A DNA stretch of 64,000 nucleotides from Takakia lepidozioides (lineage: Eukaryota > Plantae > Bryophyta), in the NCBI GenBank assembly GCA_030704615.1, contig CM060732.1, positions 33,108,001 to 33,172,000 on the forward strand, written 5' to 3'. Position 1 is the stretch's first letter. Every line of letters starts with the position of its first letter. The position numbers and the translations under genes are program-made. The notes beneath the pieces were generated by a model. The model saw only the letters and a list, made by a program, of their open reading frames with translations. It did no database searches and was not told the DNA's origin. Of this stretch, positions 14,601 through 27,400 are shown piece by piece.

Positions 14601-15428
14601 CGGCTTAGCTATGAGACCACAGAGCCATTGTTATTGTTAATCTGCATTATGCTGAAAAAGATTCTTCCCTTGTTGGACATACTTTCTTTTTGCGGTTGTG
14701 TATCTAAACTCTGAGAAATGGCAACAAGTCAATACTTGTAAGCCATTGTGAGGCTCCTCTACCCTACATCATTTGGACGACATTCCACCCAATTCTCTGG
14801 AAGTGACTGAACAGCCCCATTTTGATACCATCAAAATATTGAAAACGTCAAGTTAGCTTCTGGCCCACAACCAGCTTAGCATGTGCCCCACCACTACTCC
14901 GCATATTATCTCACACTTCCATTTGAGAACTGCAACAAACAGTCAATCTCTCAAGGGATTGGCACTGGTGTAGGTATTGTATCTGCACAACTTCCGCAAG
15001 TAACGTGCGCTATATTCCTTGACCGCAAGGACAAAAACTCTCGGGCATAATTTGGTGTGTTCTAAAATTCCGTTTGCCAGGGCTTCTGTATCACCTCGGA
15101 CTCAAGAATTGCAACAAGCACAGAAAGGGACCCTAAAAGGTTCATGTCGTTTTCTGCCTGCAACGCTTCCTTTTTCTCAGAATGGGGTGCACTAGAAAAC
15201 GCCAAAGAAATCGACAGGAACAAACTTCCGGCTAAGCTCTCCTCATCCAAAAGTTGAAAACAGAACTGACAGTCGAGCACGAACTACCTTAGAAGCTGCA
15301 TCGTCTGCAATAACGTCCTCCGCCTTAGAGTCTCCATCATCGGGCTGCCCATCAACGTCTCCTTCCAAGTCGCCCTCCACCTCCTCAGGAATTTCTCCCC
15401 CGTATACCTCATGCTCATCCTCCATCAT
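11682..15428 (-). CDS. PABN: Nuclear polyadenylate-binding protein, copy 2 (inverted paralog); exons 15288-15428, 14150-14252, 13565-13635, 13039-13142, 12573-12660, 12085-12212, 11682-11730
   Basis: Same exon lengths and near-identical translation to copy 1; splice sites and stop codon intact. Confidence 0.93.
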
Positions 15429-15743
15429 CGCCACCACTTCCACAGATGTGGATAGTTAATTTGATGAGGAAAAACCCAAGACTGCCCTAACGCCAAGCAA
15501 TGTCGGATGCAAATGTGAGACTCAAATTGAAGCCGCGGTGTTTGAAGAAGGAAACAAAGCGGCCAAGCGGCCACCACACTGAACACTTAGCAAAATCCAA
15601 AAACAGGGCTCTCCCTCGGGAAAGACCGACCCGTGAACCGGTCGGGTCATGGTCCAGGAGACCCGTCCGCCCGTTCAGAACCAGTCACGGCCGCCCCCGC
15701 TTTTACCGGGTGGTGTTAGGTATGTCCTAGAACGCTAATATAA

Positions 15744-16125
15744 GGGCCGCTTTACACTAGGGCCCAAGCCCAGGAAATCCTGGGCCCATTTTCTACCACT
15801 CTTGGGCTGGTCTTGGGCCAACTTCAACGGTCATGATCAAACAGTCACGATCGCACAAAAATAGTCTATTTTAATACCAAACTTCTTGGGCCCAAAGAGC
15901 TCTGAGTTGGGTCTCCATTCTAGGAGGGTTCCTTTTTCTTGGTCCGGTCCAAGAAGTTGGCGCCAAAACTTGTGCCATGTAAGTGCCATATAGGCAAATG
16001 ACCCACTTCCATTTTCTTGGGCTCGGGCCGTAGTGTAAAGCCGTTGGGCCCAATTTCAGGCCTCCGCCAATGGAATGCTCCATTCTCACTTGGTCTTGGG
16101 CTTGGGCCCTAGTGTAAAGCGGCCC
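15744..16125. mobile_element. Tourist-like (PIF/Harbinger) MITE, 382 bp
   Basis: TIR GGGCCGCTTTACACTAGGGCCCAAGCCCA at both ends; TAA TSD at 15741-15743 and 16126-16128. Confidence 0.9.
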
Positions 16126-16519
16126 TAAGACTAGGTACATTTCTGGCAGAGGGGTTTTTTTTCTTCTGTATTTTCTTTTTGTTCAATCAGCCTCTTAGGG
16201 TTCTGCCGCACTGGCCGGTTAGGCGCGGGTTATCCCTACATAACCGGGCTGCTAAAATGACCTGCGACCGAACTGGGGGTGGTCATAGTTATGTTGGGTC
16301 ATAGTATATCATGTCCCGATTAGCTCCCGGCTATCGGAAGCTTTGTAGGACGGCTAAAATAACAGTGCTCACGAGCATGGTTACGCTCCGGTCATTCTCG
16401 CATCCTGGTATAGAAGCCATGTATACCTCTGGCGTGTCATAGAAAAAAAGATCACAAGAGAAGAAGCAGTAGAGCACACTCGCATGCATCAAGTATAGAT
16501 CCAGAATTCAAGCACTTCA

Positions 16520-16621
16520 ATGGCGAACAATGCACGATCTAGGGCACCTCGGACAGGAAACTGGTCAACGACAGAGATCTATGCATTGGTGCACGCAAAG
16601 CGTGCTCAATGGGACAAAGAG
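16520..16621 (+). pseudogene. Harbinger Myb/SANT (trihelix-like) gene, N-terminal part, interrupted by element A
   Basis: MANNARSRAPRTGNWSTTEIYALVHAKRAQWDKE ends in the TSD GACAAAGAG and resumes in frame at 40216. Confidence 0.8.
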
Positions 16622-16929
16622 CAACGATGCAATGGCATGAGCCTTGCGCGTGAGTGCGCGAGCGTACGCTCACGCAGGAGTGACGTGGCGTGAGCCTGCA
16701 CCCACGCTGACGTGGCGTGAGCCTCATGTCAGCAGGCTGATGTGGTGGCAAATGATGACGTGGCATTGCGCCGTCATCTGCCACGTCAGCATTAACATGC
16801 GCCGCCTATAACCGAGGATGGTCCTATGACCGTGGAATTAATGCAGGGAATCTTGCCTAAATAGAATCAAGACTACCATGAGGCCTACAATTGTAGCATC
16901 CAACATTGTGCAATTACAAATGCTTGTTT

Positions 16930-19900
16930 CACAGAATCACCCTCCATGCCAAAAATGCTTCTTCCGCCTGCCTTGCATGCATGGTAAGTTGCTCCTGCAC
17001 CAGACAGGAGGACATGAACAGTAGGGGGGATTTAAGCAGATAGAACTGGTGAAAGAAAATCAATTCGGAAGGGAGAGAACGAACATGTGGACACAGAAAG
17101 ATCGACCACCCGTGCAGAGTGGTGGCTGCATGACTCCAGCAGTATTTGCATGAACGTTGGGGATTTTTCCTTTGCACCTCTCCAGGGAGTGCCATCTGGT
17201 CTCTTCAGAGTCTGACTGGACTGCATGAAGTTGTACAAACTGTCATCGACATGCGGCTCATAGGGGGGATTGACGAAACAACCCTGGTCAGAAATCTCAA
17301 AGCTGCGGATGGAGGATGGTGTCTTTGAGGTGTGAATCCTCCGCAGGCAGATCGCCTCAAACATCCTCGTCTGCCAAAGATAGCATGTTAGTGTGGTAAA
17401 CACAATCTATAGTGGAAGTGTGTACATCGGCTATTCAGAACTCAGGCATAAATAATCAATTTTATCACGAATCGGTGATGATCGGTGTCGATCATGACAT
17501 ATTCTTCTAGAGTGGAGCTGCAGAGAACATTGAAATTCATCATGAAAGCACAAGCAGAAGGGAGACGGCATACCAGCTGACCAGGGAAACCCCCTTTCAC
17601 AAGGTAGAGGCTGTTCACACAATTCCATGTACGCAAAACTTCAAACCCTGAAGACTTCAGGTATGATGACAATGCCCGACGACTATCTTTGTCACATGAC
17701 TGAAAAAGCAGAAGTGTCCCTGCATCAGAGAGGAAATTATTACAGAACCCGAACACCCAACTCCAGTAGTTGTCCTCGAATTTGTTCCAGCCTGGCGTCT
17801 TGCCCTTTGGAAGAACTTCTGGCACAGCCCGGCCATCCGGGATGTCGAGAATGACAATGTCAGCCGCATATGTTTTCTGCACACCGCACACGAAGGTGGG
17901 ACCTGTGCTCACCTGCAACAGACATGTTTATTTTAAGAACGATGGCAAGAATGTTTTCAAAGAACCAGACTGAAATACTGCCAATAAAACTTTCAAAGAA
18001 AAAGGAAAGAAACTGGAATTCTCACCAGATTGAGGAATGAGATTATGTTGTCCCAGGTAGGCGAAGGCACCCCAGTGTATCCTCTCTTTCGACTCTGCAT
18101 CATCGCCAGCCAACCCTCATTGACAATTTTAATCTCTCCTGCCGAATCAGAACGGGAAGGGTGTGGCTTGGCATCGAACACGCACTGAACTGTGCGGGTA
18201 TATCTTCCAGCAGTGAAGTCATGTCCACTCTCCATCTCCTTTTCTTTCTCCTTCCCCTTGTCCTTTTCCTTCTCTTTGGACTTGCCTTTGTCCTTTGGCT
18301 TTGCTGGTGAGATGGCTATGACATCAAGAGCCTTGTCTTTTGGTTTGCGGCCCGCCTTCTTTCCCTTCTGCGGCGTTCCCTGAGCATCAGGCTCCTTGGC
18401 AGCCAATGTTGCTATGTTTCTTTGGTACTGCTCGTCAGTCAGAGGCGCCAACATCTCAGCATTATTGTTCAAATATTTCATGTGTTGTTCTTGAAAGGTC
18501 GTGTGCTCCGGTGGGCAGTCAAGGTACCAGCCACAGTCTCTGAAGTGAGAAGGACTCCAATCCTTCAATATCCCTGCAGTATACATGGTTGGATCGTTTG
18601 CAGGGTCCGACCACATATCAAGATAGTCTGGAATACCGCTCAGGTGATTTCCTTCCATAAGCACATATTTCGTGTACATGTTAAACAGGAGATAAATCCC
18701 AACCCACCAAAGCGCGAAGTGAGTAAGATGCAAGTAGCACAAAATGAAAAAAACATGGAATGTAATGGCTCTGAGAACTGCTCCAAGGACCTTTCAGGAC
18801 CACGCGACAGCTCCGGATGTGAATGTCGTCAACGCCATTCAAAAAATTCCATTCAATGATACTGCAAATACACCCTAATCCACGTGAATGCAAACTCTCG
18901 CTTTGGAATGACACAGACATAGAAGTGAATGTCGTCAACGGCATTCACTTTGGATTTGTGAATACACTGCTAATTAAGCCTAATGATTTCTCAAAAGAGG
19001 CAAAATCATTGGATGGAAACTGGATGTCGGCAACGACATTCAGAAACTCGAGTAAGGAACCCTCCCTAAAAACTCAATGGACATTCATAACGAACATAAC
19101 ACTGAGGACCTCATAATAACACTGGATGTGAATGGCGTCAACGCCATTCATAAAATTCCGAACAAGGAACCAATAAATACACCCTAAGTTCCTAATCCAT
19201 GTAAATTCAAATTGTCGCTAGTGAATGACATAGACATAGAAGTGAATGTCGTCAACGACATTCACTTTGGATCTCTGATAACACAGCTAATCAAGCCTCA
19301 AGATTTCTCGCAAGAGGCAAAAGCATTGCAGAACAACTGAATGTCTGCATTGACATTCAGCAAACTGGAGTGAGGAACCCTCACTGTAAACTCTATGGAC
19401 ATTACCAAAACTTACATAACTCTGAGGACCTCTTAACAACTCTGGATGTGAATGTCGTCAACGCCATTCAGGGACATTATCAATTCTAATCAGGGACACT
19501 ATAATTACACCCTAAGCTCCTAATCCCGGTGAATTCAAATTCTCGCTTAAGAATGACTCAGACAAAGAAGTGAATGTCATCAACGACATTCAATTTGGAT
19601 CTATGATTACAATCCTTATGAAGCCAAATTATTTCCCAAAAAGTGCAGTAGAGTTTCCAGTATGATATTGCACCTGTACACAACTCGCATCATGGCCCAC
19701 TCTCCTCCAACCTGACTGTCAAAGTCGTTGGACCATAAAGTGTTACCATCTTTGGAGAACTCCCGGAAAAAACAGTATCTCCAGGTGAGACCTCTCCACT
19801 TCCTTATGTATGCCTCCAATGACATTTGGGGAGGGGAAACAATCGAAATGTTCAAGTCCTTCAAAGTCTGATCCAGCACAATGACGGTGCGCTTTTCGAG

Positions 19901-22586
19901 CTGCAAATTGTATATTTGTCAGTATTGCAAATAAGATACTCATCACATAATTGAAGAAAAGAAAACGGCTTATTTGAATACACACCTAACTCCAAAATGT
20001 AGCCTTGTGGAGCCAGTTATCAAACACCAAATCACTGATTCCTTCCACCTTTGTGCCAGGCTGTATGGTGCTCTTTGGGAACTGATTCAAGTCCTTTACT
20101 GTCTGATCTGAGTTCCATATCTCCAGCCACCTTATTTTTGTTTGTGGGTCGACCATGGATATGGCCAGCCGGTGCAATTTCTCCTGCTGCATCTCCGGAT
20201 GCACATGCTTGTCATAATGAGATTTGATCTGCTGAAGGAACTCAGAACCAAGTCCAGGATCTACTATTCTAAGCTGCTTTCCGAAGGCGGACATCAATTT
20301 GGTTCTTCACATTTCAAACTCTTTCTTTATTGCTGCTTCCACACCCTTTGATGTCCTTAGTTCCTCTGGTGTAGTGCGGTAATATTCGGATTTACCCTTC
20401 TCAACTGCCTCTGTCAGTTCTTGCTGCATTGATTCAAATAGTGATTAGCACCGAAGGGACTACAAACATGTATTTGAAAAGTAAACTGAGTACAGACTCG
20501 GGCTTACCGCATACATGTACTCCAGAAACGCCTCTCGAGTCAAAGAATACCAAGTGCCTGCAACTCTTCATGTTTCGCACTTCTTGATTATATTGGGAGG
20601 GAGTACTGTCCGAAAATCATCCAGCTTCATCAGACCAATCCTCTGAATTCGGAATAGTGTGTGGACCAAGATTGTTGTCACATGCGATTTCTCTGTCGAT
20701 CTGCAAAAACATTGGGAATATTGCATTCCTTAACACTGTTTTTTTGGGATTAACAAAACACTACAGAGGGAATGAAGTCTCTAGGATGACTTACTTGTTC
20801 ACGTCGTGCATAGCTGTAAGAAGCCTAGTGATGTCGTTTCCTGGATCCAAAACCATTGCCTCCACAACAACATGCTTGTCTTTGTCTTACGCATGATGTT
20901 TCTGAATGTATCCCATCCATGCCAGCAATCGGTGGTTGCCGTCCCAAACGTAGAACATGTGGTTGCAGAATTACTGGGTGTTCTTTCACATCATGAGGCC
21001 CAGCTCAAACTCCTCATTAGCATCTTTCCAGCACTCATCCCAGGTATCACTGATCTCTGGAGACACTAATGTGCTTTTCCCATTTATATCCGTCAGTGAC
21101 ACATAAAAAACTTGTGCACCAAGTCTGTATCCATGCACGAAATCACTCTCCAATTTTGTTATGTCATGGGAAAGAGGTGGACGCACAACAGGCATAGATA
21201 TCATCCGGCACAGAGGGATGTCCAAACGCCCTCCAGATACGAGCATGTCCCTTATAACCTCCTGAGAGTTTACCTTTTGGAATGACATGAGTTCTTTCAC
21301 CTTGTCAAGGTAGTGCACTTCAGATTAATTTGCTTCATCGTTATTCTCTGAGCTTTTTCCAGACTCGTCCCCATCTCCAGATCCTTTCCCCTCTGATCCT
21401 GTAGGCTTGGACCTCACAGTTTTCTGCACGATGCCATTCAAATCTGATTGAGTAATGTGCGCAAATAGTGAACGGCGGTAACGACCATCACTCTGTCTCG
21501 TCGAAACTCACAATGAATGGTGTGAAACAAATTCAGAACCATCTACACAAGCAAAGCTGATCCTGCCGAATTCAAAACAAAACACTATGATTCTAGGGAC
21601 ACAGGAACAAAAAGGTTTTGAGCAAGAGCGAATGGCGTTAACAACAATCACAAAAGACAAGGACCTGCCGGATTGGTGTTGTGCAATGACATATATGTGT
21701 AAGTGATTGGCGGCAACGACATTCAGTATAGTTTAGGGCGGACAGTAAGTGCAGATTATTCAGATTGACTCCATTGTGATGAACGTCACAAACATTCAAT
21801 GTTTCTTGTCTATGTAGAGAGTACTTTCCAATCGATACTCTACCTGAATCTACAATATGGTCTTCAAATTTGGCTGTACCGCCTTTCCACTTCTCTATCT
21901 GTTCAACCTCAAACAAAGAAAATGCATTGCAAAACATTATGACTGAATATGCCGACCCTCACTCTCTCTTCAAACACATAGGTACATAAATCTCATGAGG
22001 AGAATCGAATGGCGTTAACGACGCTCGCAATTCAGTAGACTTCAATCACATGTTCCTGCTAAAGAAGGGAAGAGGAAGGACTGCTTGAAAGGCAATCACA
22101 CAGACTGTATGATCTGAACAACAGTGAATGACGGTACTGTCAGTCACCCACTCATTGTGCGGTAACCCCTTAACAGAGGAGTAGAAAGCAAATCACCGTT
22201 GTTTCATGGTGATGGTCGGTAGCGACAATCCCTTTCTGGGACATTCCACTCAATCTCTACGCAGATCTTCAACAATGAAATGTAAGTTAGAGAAAACTTA
22301 CTGGCGCCTTTTTAGGTTTTGAAATTGGATCCCCTTCTGCAGCTTTCCTCTTCCCTCTCACATCTGCTAGAATTTCTGTCTGCTCTAGGGTTTCTGGACC
22401 TTCTCCCGGTTCAGCGTTCCTCGTACTTCCACCTCCTCCAGTTTCCCTGCGAGTCATCTCTGCATCCACAGGCTGGTTTCCAACGCGCACTGTTATCGCC
22501 GACTGTGTCACAGCCGCTGCCTCAGTCTCGGTCCGCTCTTGTGAATCAGTCTCCGCGTTCACCTGCTGCCTTGGCCCTGTGTTCAA
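16930..22586 (-). pseudogene. Element A accessory gene: multi-exon ParB/Srx-like + beta-class DNA methyltransferase-like fusion (several in-frame stops)
   Basis: IPLCRMISMPVVRP..GYRLG..FYVS..MFYVWDGNHRLLAW (~20930-21230); ADIVILDIPDG (~17830-17870); GTPWRGAKEKSPTFMQILLESCSHHSARVVDLSVST (~17090-17200). Colinear with copies B and C. Confidence 0.75.
18770..19620. repeat. Intronic ~310-bp tandem repeat (~2.7 units) carrying 8 copies of the palindrome TGAATGTCGTYAACGACATTCA
   Basis: Palindromes start at 18820, 18926, 19021, 19129, 19243, 19338, 19449 and 19571; more degenerate copies lie at ~21470, 21630, 21705, 22008 and 22124. Confidence 0.85.
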
Positions 22587-22612
22587 GGTATCAACGTACG
22601 CGAGGAAGGAAG

Positions 22613-24270
22613 ATGGCTTCCTCTGAAGCGGAGTTCTTCACTGACGACAAACCAGTGCCGTTCTCCCAGGAAGTCCTTGACAATGGATTTGCAATTGTTC
22701 TGGAACATGTCTTGGCTACCCGTTTTCAGCTTCAGAATGGCTCCATCTTTTTGGAGAAAGAGGTGTACGATTTGAAAGGGAAGTTGTTGAAATACTCTTT
22801 CCAAAACCGTGATGAGACGGCTCATATCAGCCAGTGGAGAGTGCACCCTGGTCGATAGAGTACTTGGAGAGCCTCGGCGAAAGTCCCTTGGGTCATATGT
22901 GACGCCCGGGACTGCTGCTTCGGTCGTTGAAGACAAGAAGGAGGTGGTGGTGAAAAAAGAACAGACGTCCTCCACTCCAATCGTTGAGCTTTTGGATTCG
23001 TCCGATGATGACATAAGTGAAATTCCAAATCCAGTCCTTCCTATTGTGGTTGGAGAAGCTGATGAAGAAGAGATTTGTAGTGTCATTCCAAAACTACGGG
23101 CGATGGGAGGAATGGCTGGATTCAAAAGTGAGTTGCGAGGAATTGATTGAGAATCTTTGAAGCAGGTGCCTGTGAAGTTCTTGCCAGAGACTTTTGATGG
23201 CGATATCCTATTTGAGCTGCCTCCTGCTCCGCGAGTTGGAGGTGTAACAATCATGATGCATGGAATGGACAAGAAACACGACGGGCACCCGTGGTGCAGA
23301 ACAAAAACATCCAATATTTAGAATGATGACAAGCTTGTTTTCAGGAGAACAGTTTGCAATGGACACCTTAGGTGTGATAATTTGAATTGCAGACACTTTC
23401 TTCAGTCTGGGGTTCATAATCAAAGCGTATGGGAGGGTATGGCGGAAAATCCATTTCAGCCTGGGACTGCCCCACCATCGGCAAACACTTTCGTCTGCAA
23501 ATTCTGCAAACTTGTGCCATCCTGCTTGGCGCTCTGCGGAGCAAGAAATTATGTTGTCCACCGTTTGAAAACAATGACAAGAGCTTGTGTGCATTTCGGA
23601 TTCCATAACCATCCTATCTCGAAGGAGGATTACAGGGAGAGTGTTGAGACAGTATCGAGGTTGATTAAATAGGAGTTCGGGAGAAACCCGTCCGCAACAA
23701 CATCTGCAATTGCTCTTGGCGCAAGCAAGTCCTTCTTGGAAAGCCATATTTTGAATGAAGGGGATTCTGTGGGGACTAAACTTGACGGTGTAGCATTGGA
23801 TCTGGTCATGGATCATTTCTCCACTTTGAGTTCACCTAACATTCGGCATCAGATCAATGCATTAAGAATGGGCTCTGGTATCAGAGGCTACATAGACAAC
23901 ATTTTGGAGTTGAAACGAGTGAGCAAGTACGATTACATCCAGGACAATGTATTCCCAGGTCAAGGTGCCATCAAAGTTTTTCTTTTCAAAATGTCGACTG
24001 TTGGGGAGGGCAGTGAGGTTAGCCTCGTGAAGCGGATGCAGAAGACTGGGGACTTGTAGAACTGTTTTCTTATGTTTGATCATGTGAAATGAGTGAAGGA
24101 TTGGACGACAATGGCTTGTCATGTCTACGATCCAGTGTACCAACGAGTTATGACAATTGCAGTTTGTGACATGCAATCCGAGGATACGGAATCCCAGAAG
24201 CTCATGTGGAATTCCCTGATACGTGTCATGGGCTGCCATCTCCAAATTTCGCAGGTTTCATGGCGGATAG
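22613..24270 (+). pseudogene. Element A MULE transposase, 5' part (GCM-like Zn domain and first catalytic Asp), multiple stops
   Basis: MDKKHDGHPWC..CNGHLRC..C..CKFC..C..HFGFHNH; FLMFDHVK; ends at GFMAD where element B inserted. Confidence 0.85.
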
Positions 24271-24491
24271 GGGGGCTGCTATTTCATGAGCGGCATGAGC
24301 ATGAGCGGGAAAAAAAAAAGCATGAGCAGACCATTGTGAGTCCACGGAAATAGGGTTAGGAGGCACGGAAATAGGGTCATGTGAAGTTGGAATGTGGCAT
24401 CAGTGGACTTGAAATGCAACATTTTATTGCAAATTTTGTGGCAAGCCACGTCTATACAAGTGTGTTCTAACTGTCATAGCCGGAATGGGCA

Positions 24492-27400
24492 CTACTCTCC
24501 TACACCCTCCGAGTAACTTGCCCCACCTTCTTCCTCATCCCCCTCATCCCCCTCATCCTCCGAGCTCTGTGATGCATCAGTTCCACTATGCCTCTCCAAA
24601 ATCCCGTCCTCTCCTTGGGGGACTGTCCACCTCACCTCCTGGGAATCTTCTGCGTCTTCTCCCCCACTTTCCTCAGCAGAATCCAAGACAAATCTACGAG
24701 CCCGACGGGCTCTAATAGCTGCTGCCTCCTCCCTCATCTTCATTTTCTTGAGGCTTGCCTCGTCTAAAATCTGTTTGTACACGACTATGTTCGGAACACC
24801 TCCTAATGGACACCGAAGCAAGCCGGGCAGCATAAGTAGGAAGGATGTACTCCCTTTCTGGACTAGGCATGAAATCCCCCCTGGCAAAAAAAGGCACGTT
24901 CCTCCTGCCCATGAACTCCGGTGTAGACGTCCCTCCGGCAGTACTTGGCATCCTACAGTAAGAACAAATCCACTTCAAGAATGTCAATACCAGCACAACC
25001 AAAAAGGGTTTTCAATGAAATAAGAGAGCGGAGGGAGGTGCCTCACAAAATCTGGAGGCAACTTACAATGCCACCACTCACTCGTAAACCGGGGGCTCCT
25101 CGGCCTCGATCCCAACTTCCTCCCCCTGCTCCTTCTTGGATTTTTCCTCATCCTCCGAGGATGCCTCTTCCTCTTTCGGCAGACATTCAGCCGCTGCAAG
25201 TTCCGAGTTGTGGAGGGCAGTATCTGGCTCGAAGGCGAACACATGCCTGTCGGACAACGTCCCTGCCCACATTGAAGCACCTGAGGAACAAAGCGGGCGG
25301 TTAATAGCTTGCGGCATGCAATTGTAGTCGGGCCAGGGGACAAACTGAGCACGTGAAGGCTTACCCGTGCCGCATGTGAGGTCCAGAATCCGCCCTTGGA
25401 CATCCGAGCACGTCTCCATGAGGGTTTGGATGAAAGCAGGGCTCCGGGTCCGGCTGTACCGCCACGGTTTGCCTGTCTTTGTGTCCTTCGGCATACTGGA
25501 GTGGGGCACATAGTTGTAGAGGACATCGTAGGTTACAGGGTCCACAACGGCATTAACAAGACGATCGTCGTTGCGGAATTTGAACGTAGACCATCTCTTC
25601 ACAAAGCAATATGCCTCAAACACCAATGTCTGCACATCCAACAAAGAAGGGATCAACTCCAGGGTCTACTTAACATACACCACAACATGAAGTGAATGCA
25701 AAAGATTGATAACTTACACTTTGGCCCTCTGTTCGCAACCCCTACGTACTGATGCAGAACCATTTTCTGAGGAGGACCGGGGTGACACTTTTCGGTGTCC
25801 ACCTTGCCACCGCATTCTCTGTGGTCTTCCCTCTCGTGGCAATGACAACCACACATCCACCGTCATCCAGAAGCATCCCCGCCAGCCCAAACCCGGCTTT
25901 CCAGTAGTCCTTAGTAAACCTGTTCCAGGTGGGCACACCATCCAGGCCCTCCAGCAGCTCCCCATCTGGAATGTCGAGGAGAATTATGTCACAAGCTCTC
26001 TCCACCTCAACCCCCCCCCCCGAGTGCTCTTGCAATTCGTGCTCACAGCCGTGAAGAATTCCATCATGGCTTCAAAACCAGGGGTGTCTTTAGGCTCTGT
26101 ACCGCCAGCCCTCTTCTTGGCTTTCCCCTTCTGCTCTGCCAGAGACTTGTTGTGTGCCACCTTCTTCGCCCTAGCAGCGAGAGCGTCAAGGAAGCTCTCA
26201 TTGACGCATTGGATGATGGTTGGAGGTTCTAGCTTTGGCCTGTGCGTAAACGTCACCGCCGAATACCGGCGTGTAGGCTCGCCCTCAAATGCCAACTTCT
26301 TGGCAGAGCCAGTCCCACTCCGAACTGACTTGGGAACCCGGACGACCGGTGACTGGGTAGGAGCAACAGCAGTCGAAGGACCTTGAACGAAGTCGTCGTC
26401 CGAGTCACTCTCTTGGGTCCCCTCCTGCGCCTCCTCCGATGCCCCGATGGTTTTCTTCTTTTTGGGTGTTACTGCAGTCACATGTTTCCTTGTCCTTTTC
26501 CTTTGACCTTTACTCTTCTCATGCAATTTCTCCTGAATTCCTGCCTGAGCAAGCTCTGCCGCTTTCTTGGAGTTCGCAAGCGCTTTTGCCTCTTTTGCAC
26601 CCAATGGAGGCAGCGGAGCCCGGTTTCGTCGGAATTCAGCATCCAGCTTCAATTGAAACTCGGATGGGTCGAGCGAGCCGGGCGGAAGGTCCACATACCA
26701 AGGGCAATCACGCAAATGTTCCAGATGCCACTCCTTCACAATATCGTCAGTGTACATGGAGTCAGCCCCAGGGTTCCTCCATGCCAGGAAGAATGGTGGC
26801 TCGAAAGACAGATGACATTTCTCCAAAAGGGAGAACTTACAGTACCTGCATTCATGAAAAACACAATGAGGTCCGAAAATGGCTAAGTCCCTGAACGGCA
26901 ATAGGGCCTACAACTGGAAAATGGCGCCGAATTTCCACTTCAGGGCCAGCCAGTCTAGGGACTTAGCCCGAAAATGGCTAAGTCCCTGAACGGCAAAGGG
27001 CCTGGAACTAGAAAATGGCGCCGAATTTCCAGTTCAGGGCCAGCCAGTCTAGAGACTTAGCCCGAAAATGGCTAAGTCCCTGGACGGCAATAGGGCCTAG
27101 AACTGGAAAACGGCGCCGAATTTCCAGTTCCGGGCCAGCCACCCTAGGGACTTAGACCAAAAATGGCTAAGTCCCTGGACGGCAATAGGGCCTGGAACTG
27201 GAAAATGGCGCCGAATTTCCAGTTCCGGGCCAGCCAGTCTAGGGACTTAGCCATTTTCGGAGCCCTGACTGGAAATTCGGCGCCATTTTCCCTAACACCA
27301 CTTGAGGCCTCTAACATCCTGAAATGCCAGGACTTGAAAGAAAGGCAGCGCGTATGTACCTGTACAGAAGGCGCAGTGCTGCTTTGTCCGCGTTCGGCTG

